Shown here piece by piece: positions 30,817 to 38,806 of a DNA stretch of 57,441 nucleotides. This DNA comes from an uncultured Methanosarcinaceae archaeon. GTDB taxonomy: Archaea > Halobacteriota > Methanosarcinia > Methanosarcinales > Methanosarcinaceae. Location of the stretch: NCBI GenBank assembly GCA_963847185.1, contig CAWJYV010000009.1, forward strand, positions 1 through 57,441, given 5' to 3'. Numbering within the stretch: the stretch's first letter is position 1; every line of letters starts with the position of its first letter. The notes under the pieces were generated by a model that was not told where the DNA came from, did no database searches, and was given only the letters and a program-made list of their open reading frames with translations. The translations under genes and the position numbers were made by a program.

Positions 30817-31152
30817 TTACTTTTCACTACAGGACTGTTTCTCTGTATTTCCACCGCAGCAAGATCCAGCTTCTCCTCCGCAGCCGCACTCACCACTATC
30901 CATATCCTTTCCTCTAAGTGCTGCACCGATCATTGCCCATGCACAGCCAACCCCACTCTGCACTTCAATTGCCTGAACCGGGCAATTCAAAGCACACGCT
31001 CCGCATTCCATACATGCAGACGGCTGTAAAAGTTCAACACGTTCTTTTCCTTCGGAAAAAACTCCATGTGGACAGACCTGTGTACAGCGCCTGCAGTTGA
31101 TACATCTGTCAGGATAATACTTGAGTGTGTTCTCAAGATAAGAATTAAACAT
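30817..31152 (-). CDS. hgcB: Mercury methylation ferredoxin HgcB
   Basis: Two CxxCxxCxxxC motifs including CMECGACALNCP; GVGCA and Cys-rich tail; abuts hgcA. Confidence 0.93.
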   Translation of the reverse strand: MFNSYLENTLKYYPDRCINCRRCTQVCPHGVFSEGKERVELLQPSACMECGACALNCPVQAIEVQSGVGCAWAMIGAALRGKDMDSGECGCGGEAGSCCGGNTEKQSCSEK

Positions 31153-32226
31153 TTAGATCCACCTCATTAATACGATTATTCCAAGCAGAATTGAGAGTAT
31201 AATTCCAGAACCTGCCATAAGTGCCATAACAGGTGTGTATCTGAAAATTTCTTTTTTAACGCCAGTCCTTGAAGTAAAAGTCGTACATCCAGTGAAGTTA
31301 AGGGCCAGGTATGCTGTCAAAGCTGGCATAATAAGAAGAAATGCAAGTGACATTGAGGCATTTTCCCAGAAGGACAATACTAAATTTGTCGTAAAAGAAA
31401 AAACTGCGAAAGGAATGGCAACGATCTCTCCAAGAATGAGCCCTTTTGTACTGAAGTCATGTGTAGGGATAAACGGAAGCAGAGCTGGGAAGAGTACAGT
31501 TCCCGCAAGAACTGCTGTGACTGCAGCCAGGGCTGCAAGAGAGCCTGCAAGGAAATAAAGAATAATGCTGGCAACGATTGTCGGCAATGCTACGTGAACA
31601 AATTCCACAGGGGTCAGTACCAGCCGATCTTTTAATGGGAATTGAACTCTGCGCATCTCAGGTGTTGCTTTTCGCATTTTGAGGTATTCTGGAAGGTCGC
31701 TGGCACGAACAGGGCCATATTCCACCGTAAATCCAGACATTCGTTTAACTTCGTATGCAGATATTCCCGGAGCTGACAACTGGGGAAGGATGAGAGTGCG
31801 ATGCTTGACAACACTGGCAAGGCCTGTAGATGCTATACGCCGCACAAGTTCGTCTGTTCCAAATGTACCCTTACCCGCAGCACACCAGACATTAATTCCC
31901 TTTGTGTCCAGAACAAGAATATAACAGTCATTACCCGCAAGTGCGGAGCGAACAGCGTCAAAGCTTAGCGTATAGTTTGCTGAAACGAAGACCATTGAAT
32001 CAGGCGTCGGAATCCCAAGCCTGTAAAGACCGGGCTTTACAATATGCCCCATCCTGTTTACTCCCCAACTGGCAAGGAAATGATCAAGCCGATTGGCAAA
32101 TGTGATTGTGCTTGTGGTCGTACTGATCTCAGATACCGGTATATTTTCAGTCAACCGATTTAATGGTTTTATCTCCAATCTCTGTGTGCATGAGCACGAT
32201 GAATCAGCAGTTTTTTTATTTTCCAT
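31153..32226 (-). CDS. hgcA: Mercury methylation corrinoid protein HgcA
   Basis: Cap-helix motif GINVWCAAGKGTF, CdhD-like corrinoid domain, C-terminal TM helices with LNFTGCTTFTSRTGV. Confidence 0.96.
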   Translation of the reverse strand: MENKKTADSSCSCTQRLEIKPLNRLTENIPVSEISTTTSTITFANRLDHFLASWGVNRMGHIVKPGLYRLGIPTPDSMVFVSANYTLSFDAVRSALAGNDCYILVLDTKGINVWCAAGKGTFGTDELVRRIASTGLASVVKHRTLILPQLSAPGISAYEVKRMSGFTVEYGPVRASDLPEYLKMRKATPEMRRVQFPLKDRLVLTPVEFVHVALPTIVASIILYFLAGSLAALAAVTAVLAGTVLFPALLPFIPTHDFSTKGLILGEIVAIPFAVFSFTTNLVLSFWENASMSLAFLLIMPALTAYLALNFTGCTTFTSRTGVKKEIFRYTPVMALMAGSGIILSILLGIIVLMRWI

Positions 32227-32244
32227 GTGGTCCCAACTCTCTTT

Positions 32245-32535
32245 TTAATCCTGATTTTGCATCAAGGGGTCTAACACTCCTTTTACCATTCCGCTAAGAG
32301 CCTCGACCTTTATGAGAGCGAGGCAGCAAATACTACCGTCCTTTTCCCAGCTGATCAAAGCAAGTTTATTCCCGGTATTAATGCCAGCTTTCTCCCTTAC
32401 GTCTTTTGGAAGTACCATCTGCCCTCTCTCATCCACACTGAGAACTGCCTCAACCTTACATCCTGAACCCTGATTACATCCACATGACAATCCATTAGAA
32501 TTACAACATTCATCAATTATTTTCTTATTAGCCAT
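32245..32535 (-). CDS. AbrB/SpoVT-fold protein associated with hgcAB (HgcC-like)
   Basis: VDERGQMVLPKDVREKAGI AbrB motif; Cys-rich N-terminus; 18 bp upstream of hgcA. Confidence 0.78.
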   Translation of the reverse strand: MANKKIIDECCNSNGLSCGCNQGSGCKVEAVLSVDERGQMVLPKDVREKAGINTGNKLALISWEKDGSICCLALIKVEALSGMVKGVLDPLMQNQD

Positions 32536-32576
32536 TAGAATCCTCATAACAATAAGGTTTTTCCGCTAATTTATAC

Positions 32577-32605
32577 TTTTCTGATTAATAAGAAAAATCA
32601 GAAAA
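32577..32605. promoter_or_regulatory. Inverted repeat at the hgc operon promoter
   Basis: TTTTCTGATT-N9-AATCAGAAAA next to a minus-strand GTATAAAA (32569-32576). Confidence 0.55.
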
Positions 32606-32669
32606 ATTATCAGAGTAATCTTTTAATTAGCCAGATAAGAAATGGAAATTCAATAAAATAGCAGGGAAT

Positions 32670-32735
32670 TTTTGCCGCAAAATTAAGAAAAACAGAATTT
32701 CAATGTCAATTTTTGCTGAAGTCTAAGCTTATAAA
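32670..32735 (+). promoter_or_regulatory. Promoter of NifH-like gene with two-site upstream motif
   Basis: TTTTGCCGCAAAA-N28-TTTTGCTGAA-N7-CTTATAAA. Confidence 0.75.
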
Positions 32736-32768
32736 TTGTATCTGTTTGTTTCTCCGTATGGTGATGAA

Positions 32769-33677
32769 ATGGCAAAAGCACGAAACATCGCAATCTACGG
32801 AAAAGGAGGTATCGGAAAATCGACTACCTCATCAAATCTTTCAGCAGCTCTTTCGGATCTTGGACTTACAGTAATGCAGATTGGCTGTGATCCTAAGAGC
32901 GACTCTACAAATAACCTGAGGGGAGGAAAATCGATTCCTTCAGTTCTTGATGCTTTAAGGAGTGGGAAAAGAATTGAAACCAGCGACATTGTCTATGAGG
33001 GCTTCAATGGGATCCTCTGTGTGGAAGCGGGAGGACCGGAGCCAGGAGTGGGATGCGCTGGCAGAGGTATTATTACTGCAATTGAACTCCTTAGGCAAAA
33101 AAATGTCTTTGAGGAGTTCAAACCTGATGTTGTAATCTATGATGTCCTCGGAGATGTCGTCTGTGGAGGGTTTTCAATCCCTATCCGTGAAGGTGTTGCA
33201 GAACAGGTCTACACTGTCGCATCCTCGGATTTCATGGCAATATATGCAGCTAACAATCTCTTTAAGGGAATAAGGAAATATGCAAACAACGGCGGTGCGC
33301 TGTTCAGTGGCATAATTGCAAATTCAATGAACCAGCAGATTCAAAAAGAGATAATAAATGATTTTGCAAATCAGACAAAGACAACGATTGCAGGATATGT
33401 ACCCCGTTCGCTTGACGTTACGAGAAGTGAACTCAGAGGGCAAACTGTGGTCGAACATGCACCTGACTCTGAGCAGGCTGAACTGTACAGAGAACTTGCA
33501 AGGGGCATTTTGCACAATGATAAGAAATACGTTCCTGCTCCGCTGGAGTCCGAAGAACTCAAAGTATGGGCTGAAAGCTGGTCAGATATACTCCTCAGGG
33601 AGCGTGAACAGGTACATACAGGAGAAGTGAAAAGAAGCAATGTGGAAGGAAGAACGCTGGTAAGCTCGGAAGCATGA
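32769..33677 (+). CDS. Nitrogenase iron protein-like (NifH/MarH/NflH family) ATPase
   Basis: [42 protein letters not shown]; GGTGA upstream of ATG. Confidence 0.92.
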   Translation: MAKARNIAIYGKGGIGKSTTSSNLSAALSDLGLTVMQIGCDPKSDSTNNLRGGKSIPSVLDALRSGKRIETSDIVYEGFNGILCVEAGGPEPGVGCAGRGIITAIELLRQKNVFEEFKPDVVIYDVLGDVVCGGFSIPIREGVAEQVYTVASSDFMAIYAANNLFKGIRKYANNGGALFSGIIANSMNQQIQKEIINDFANQTKTTIAGYVPRSLDVTRSELRGQTVVEHAPDSEQAELYRELARGILHNDKKYVPAPLESEELKVWAESWSDILLREREQVHTGEVKRSNVEGRTLVSSEA

Positions 33678-33860
33678 AACACTTAAGTTTCGTCCTTTAA
33701 ACTTCTGTTGTAAACTATTCCTGCAACAGAAGTTTTCGAACTTAAAGGTAATTCTATGAACTATACTTTTTATCTGTGCATAGAGGCATTTCATCCACTT
33801 CTTTGAAGCTAATAATTTTTTATTCCAAATAATTTTTATTGGAATTTCTTTTTAGAATAT

Positions 33861-33991
33861 GAGCTCATCCCAAAACTTAGAATTGCTCCTCCTAAGTTCG
33901 AATTATGTATAATCAACAGAGTTCCAGATCCTGATAAGAAGTCCTGAAACCTTTATTGACACGAGGACAAAATTGATTTTGGAATGAGCTC
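33861..33991. mobile_element. MITE-like element, 131 bp
   Basis: Terminal IR GAGCTCATCCCAAAA / TTTTGGAATGAGCTC (14/15), flanked by TAT on both sides. Confidence 0.7.
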
Positions 33992-34150
33992 TATATGTAT
34001 TCCATAAACTTTGATCTGTTTTGAGGTCAGGTAGTCTACAGATTTAAATTTTGTATTTTGCTTTCTCCGGATATTCTGAGAAATTAAACTCTAATAATGC
34101 CTAAGCTTGAAAAAGGGCATCATTTTTATCCTTATAGCTGGACACAATAT

Positions 34151-34218
34151 TTTTATAACTTGAGAATATTGTATCTTCACAATTGTGATTGAAGATATTG
34201 ATTGTTCACAATTGTGAA
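34151..34218 (+). promoter_or_regulatory. TATA box followed by two palindromic operators
   Basis: TTTTATAA at 34151; TCACAATTGTGA at 34177-34188 and 34206-34217. Confidence 0.65.
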
Positions 34219-34254
34219 TAATGATGTTATTAAATCATACTCTGCGGTAAAATA

Positions 34255-34542
34255 ATGGAATTAAGTGACCGAAATCTGAAGCAAAACAAGAGTTACCGAA
34301 TTATGATTGATTCGGAGGGAGCGGGACATATTAGAATAATCAGACGTATCAACCTGAAGACTCTAATAGAAATTTTTAGGGAACTTTATCTTGAGCTTAA
34401 AAAAAATCCTGACAAAAGGCCCCATATAACAATATACGTTTCCCATTCGATCTATGAGGAGATGTCGGATAATATGAAACACTTCCATGAATTTGCAGTC
34501 TCATGTATGGATGGGACATTTGATCTTACAATTATTAGCTAA
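34255..34542 (+). CDS. Small hypothetical protein
   Basis: 95-aa ORF downstream of a clear promoter. Confidence 0.6.
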   Translation: MELSDRNLKQNKSYRIMIDSEGAGHIRIIRRINLKTLIEIFRELYLELKKNPDKRPHITIYVSHSIYEEMSDNMKHFHEFAVSCMDGTFDLTIIS

Positions 34543-34825
34543 CTGATCATCCTCAATTAACTAATTCATCAGGGATTTTTACTGCTAAATTTGAAGGGGA
34601 AAGCAAAATTATAGTTTTTCCAGGAATTTTCCCATGCTGGATACTGAAAGGTACAATTGTACCAGGCATTTATTAAAGCAAATGTTTATTTTAGCCATAT
34701 CCGGCCTTTCAGATATCCTTTTTGTACCCATTTGCATAATTTGAACCAACAGGTTTAAAAATAAAGACAGCTTCTATGAAAATGGTGACTCACAATGAGG
34801 GATCGTTTTTGTTGTTAATGAACCA

Positions 34826-35092
34826 ATGAATAGCAGTCTGAATGAAATTGATTATGAAAAGCTTGAAAAGCTGCCTCCATCTGCAAAGCTTGTGTTTAAA
34901 ACTCTTGAAGCAAACGGACAAATGACACAGAAAGATTTAATTCGTGAAACAATTCTTCCTTCACGCACAGTAAGATATGCACTAAACAGGCTAAAGGAAG
35001 AAAAGATTCTGATGGAACGTTTTTATTTCCTTGACTCACGCCAGAGCCTTTACGAAATAAAGAGGCAGGTGAGTAATGCTCTTGCAGTCTGA
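34826..35092 (+). CDS. Small winged-HTH (MarR-like) DNA-binding protein
   Basis: LPPSAKLVFKTL..MTQKDLIRETILPSRTVRYALNRL..DSRQSLY. Confidence 0.82.
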   Translation: MNSSLNEIDYEKLEKLPPSAKLVFKTLEANGQMTQKDLIRETILPSRTVRYALNRLKEEKILMERFYFLDSRQSLYEIKRQVSNALAV

Positions 35093-35103
35093 GTAAAAAA
35101 TGT

Positions 35104-35687
35104 GGCATTGTTAATTAAATATATCTAACTCTTTATTTCTGTATTTCATTAAGAGAAGAACCGAGTACTTTAGCGTTTCAGGACTCTTCGTATTCTTCTC
35201 TAATTTTTCCCAGAGTTGTTGTCCTGTTTCCGTTCCTCTGCTGCCAAAAGATCAGTCGATGAACTTTTTTCCAACTCTATCAACAGCAATCCAGATCCAG
35301 CAATACTTTTTTGTTACCGATGTAAGTATGCATCTCATCGAGTTCAACAATAGAGATCTCATTTTCGCTTTTTAGGTCCTCTAACTCCTGACCAAATTTC
35401 TTTATCCATTTTTGGACAGAAACATGACTTTCTCCCAAAAAACGCCCTATTTAGCGAAATCCTAATCCTTCAAGATAGAGTTGTAAAGCTGTCTTTTAAC
35501 AGAAGGGGAGCTAGCAGTTGATTTTATCTCTACTGAATAGTTATATCCACAAGAATGACATTTGTAGCGTTGACGTCCATCAACTATACCGTTCTTTTTA
35601 TGATTGGAATTCTTACATCTTGGACAGTTCATACAGAAATATAATTTCTCATAAAAAAATAAATAACTATATTTAATTACCAATGCA
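35104..35687 (-). mobile_element. IS1-family element, internally deleted and inactivated
   Basis: Zn-ribbon MNCPRC..GRQRYKCHSC, then ELDEMHTYIGNKK and CWIWIAVDR with stops; terminal IRs GGCATTGTTAATTAAATATA / TATATTTAATTACCAATGCA. Confidence 0.85.
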
Positions 35688-35728
35688 GTTGTTTTTACTT
35701 CTATGTTGTTTTTATTTCTATGTTGTTT

Positions 35729-36397
35729 TTACTTCTGTGCCTCTAGGGCCTTCTGTCGCTTTACTAACCTGGCCCCTATCTCAAAAGCTTTCTGACAGTC
35801 TTGTGGAAAAACTTCTTCGCGCCTTTTTGCTTTTTCTTTGGGATCAACTATATCTGCGACATACTTTGAATAGTCATCGAACTGATATGTATCGGTACTG
35901 CACAGTGATTCGGAATATCCAAAAATTCTCGTTGCAATTCCTTCATTTAATTCAATAGTTTTATTAAGTCCAAAAAAATCAAAGTGTTCTTCTTTTGCAC
36001 CCATGGTGTAAATGTACCCCACAGAGATGTTTTTCGGGTACAGTGATACTGGATTAGCAGAGTAAACTAGATATGGAAATATATACCGCTCCATGAATGA
36101 TCTCATCTCGCCTGTGGAATTTCCAAGGTAGATGGGTGATCCAAGTATAACTGCATCAGCATCTTTCAGCCTTTCCAGCACAGGTGTCAGTTCATCCTTC
36201 ATTGCGCATTTTCCATAGCTTTTTCCATCTTTTACTTTGCAGGCAAAACAACTTGTGCATCCTTTAAAATTGAGGTCATAGAGATGGATTATTTCTGTTT
36301 CTGCACCTTCCGAAGCTGCACCTTCAAGAGCTTTCTCAAGCAGAGTTGCCGTATTCCATTTCTTCCTGGGGCTTCCATTTATTGCTATTACTTTCAA
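35729..36397 (-). CDS. Iron-sulfur flavoprotein (Isf)/flavodoxin family
   Basis: INGSPRK, CTSCFAC..C, GSPIY; GGAGG upstream of TTG 36397. Confidence 0.88.
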   Translation of the reverse strand: MKVIAINGSPRKKWNTATLLEKALEGAASEGAETEIIHLYDLNFKGCTSCFACKVKDGKSYGKCAMKDELTPVLERLKDADAVILGSPIYLGNSTGEMRSFMERYIFPYLVYSANPVSLYPKNISVGYIYTMGAKEEHFDFFGLNKTIELNEGIATRIFGYSESLCSTDTYQFDDYSKYVADIVDPKEKAKRREEVFPQDCQKAFEIGARLVKRQKALEAQK

Positions 36398-36761
36398 ATT
36401 TTTGCCTCCATTTTTTCTCCTGATCATTTCTCCTTATTTTGGATGTGTTTGATAAATCTATCTGAATAATTTCGGCAAAATAATCATCATTTTTTCATTC
36501 TTTCAGGCGTTTAAGAGGCAGGACCATTTAGTCAACCTGGACCTGATGATCATTCTGATTGATGTTTAATTTTTATACAAACCATCAAAGGGATGCAGAT
36601 TTTCGTCAGCGAAAGGCGATTACAGAATTATTTGGCTTAAGTCCGGGAAATTCAAGACAGGAACTCTGAAATAGGAGTAACTAAAAATATATAATATGTT
36701 GAACAACTTGTTATAAAATTGAATTCAGTGATCCTCACAAAAACTGCAGGCTAATGACAAT

Positions 36762-38441
36762 ATGATACGTAAAAGACTTCATCGCTATGCCATGCTGAAA
36801 AGATATGGCCAGATAATTGAGGTTCTCCAGAAATATGGTTTTGGATACATTGTTGACCAGATAGGGTTGAGCAGTATCAGAGATCTGACTTACAAGTTTA
36901 AGAATAAAGATAAGGCGAACAAGCTCAATACTTCAGGTCCGGTCAGAGTACGTAAGATACTTGAAGAACTCGGTCCGACTTACATAAAGTTAGGTCAGCT
37001 ACTGAGCATGAGACATGACCTTGTGCCTCTGGAATATGCTAAAGAGTTCGAAAAACTTCAGGACGAAACACCCTCTTTTGAATTTGAAGAAGTTGAGATG
37101 ATTGTAAGTGAAGAACTAGGACATTCCATCGAGGAATTGTTCGATTATTTTGAGATAAAACCACTTGCCTGTGCTTCTATCGGGCAGGTGCATAGGGCAA
37201 AAATAAAAAATGGTGATGAAGTCGTCGTGAAAGTTCAGCGCCCTGGCATAAAGGAAGTAATCGAATCCGATCTGGACATTATGTACAGTATAGCCAGGCT
37301 TGTTGATGAGCACATGCCAGAGGCGAGACTGTACAGACCAATAGAGATCGTTGACGAGTTATCGCGCAGTATTCTTGCAGAAATAGATTATACTCAGGAA
37401 GGCTGGAACACCGATCGTTTTGCAGGAAATTTCAGGGACAACAGTCAGGTTCATATCCCAAAAGTTTACTGGGACTATACAAATACACGGGTGCTGACGC
37501 TGGAATATATCAAAGGCGTAAAAGGCAGCCGTATGGATGTATTGGAAACGCGCGGGTTTGACAGGGGTAATATAGCTCTTGTCGTGGGGAGAGCTTTCAT
37601 GCAGCAGGTATTTGAAGATGGTTTTTTCCATGCAGACCTGCATCCAGGAAACATCCTAATTATGGAAGGCGGAACCGTAGCATTTCTTGATTTTGGGATG
37701 ACGGGTCACCTCTCCCCGGAAATAAGCGATACTTTCCTTGACGGGATAGTGGCTTTAGTTAAGGGAGATAGTTCGACATTTATAGAGCTGCTCCGAGATA
37801 TGGGTTGTGTAGAGTCTCATGCAGACACAAGATCATTGAAAGTGGACATTGAATCTTTTCGCTCAAAATACTATGGCAAGTCTTTGAAAAAGCTTGATGC
37901 TTCCATAATAATTGAAGAGTTAATAGGTACTTTAAGGGAACATAAGGTTACAATACCTCATAACATAGCCTTATTAGTAAGAGGTATAGTCGCTGTTGAA
38001 AGCTTTGGACTTATAATTGATCCGGGTTTTAATTTTAACAAGATTCTCGAGCCTTATGCAAAAAATGAAATGAAAGAACGCTTTTATCCGCAAAACCTGG
38101 CTCGCAGAACCTATTGCAGTATTTCAAGCTGGTCGCGTCTGTTACAGAAAGCACCAATTAAAATCTCACATATACTTGACCACGCTGAAAACGGCTATTT
38201 AAGAATAAGATTCGAATCCGAAGATGCCAATCGAGTGATATCCGAGATTGACGCTGCAAGTAACCGTCTATCTTTCAGTCTGGTTATCTCTGCTATGATT
38301 ATCGCTTCCTCTCTGGTTATTCAGACAGATATGAAACCTTCCGTTTGGGGTGTGCCTCTTCTTGGTACATTCAGTTTCTTTATTGCCAGCGTCTTTGGAA
38401 TGTGGCTTGTATATAATATATTCAGGACAGGTAGAATATAA
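36762..38441 (+). CDS. ABC1/UbiB/AarF family atypical kinase
   Basis: LGPTYIKLGQ, ASIGQVH, VKVQRP, HADLHPGN, DFG. Confidence 0.92.
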   Translation: MIRKRLHRYAMLKRYGQIIEVLQKYGFGYIVDQIGLSSIRDLTYKFKNKDKANKLNTSGPVRVRKILEELGPTYIKLGQLLSMRHDLVPLEYAKEFEKLQDETPSFEFEEVEMIVSEELGHSIEELFDYFEIKPLACASIGQVHRAKIKNGDEVVVKVQRPGIKEVIESDLDIMYSIARLVDEHMPEARLYRPIEIVDELSRSILAEIDYTQEGWNTDRFAGNFRDNSQVHIPKVYWDYTNTRVLTLEYIKGVKGSRMDVLETRGFDRGNIALVVGRAFMQQVFEDGFFHADLHPGNILIMEGGTVAFLDFGMTGHLSPEISDTFLDGIVALVKGDSSTFIELLRDMGCVESHADTRSLKVDIESFRSKYYGKSLKKLDASIIIEELIGTLREHKVTIPHNIALLVRGIVAVESFGLIIDPGFNFNKILEPYAKNEMKERFYPQNLARRTYCSISSWSRLLQKAPIKISHILDHAENGYLRIRFESEDANRVISEIDAASNRLSFSLVISAMIIASSLVIQTDMKPSVWGVPLLGTFSFFIASVFGMWLVYNIFRTGRI

Positions 38442-38806
38442 CTCTCAAAAATGAAAGTTACAGAAAAATTACGCCTAATTAAATATAGAAATAAAGTCTA
38501 AAAATATCTCATAAATCTCTCAGGAGTAAGCAAAATAAATTAAGCCAAGAATTTGACTTGATGACGCAAAAAACTGAAAAAGGAGCCCTGAGCTTTACTT
38601 TAAAGCTTTTTTCTATTTTGGGGATAAAGGAACCCTGAGTTCTATTTTAGATCTTTGTCTATTTGGAGTTTGACCTCAGTTTTGAGTATAAAAATGGAGT
38701 ATAAGGATGGGCTATGGATTTGTAAGGCCATAAATCAATCCATCTTATACCGCTTGAATCTTTCCTGGTACCTGTGGGCGTCCAAATTTTTTGCACCTAT
38801 GGACGT

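Noticed and set aside
23809-33677. Canonical nif/vnf/anf nitrogenase or CfbCD
   Set aside because: No nifI, nifE/N or G subunit; H is separate and divergent; a D+K pair does not fit the single-subunit CfbD, and no cfbABE is present
38578-38670. Two degenerate ~48-bp repeats downstream of lon
   Set aside because: Only two weak copies and no evident structure; probably an old local duplication
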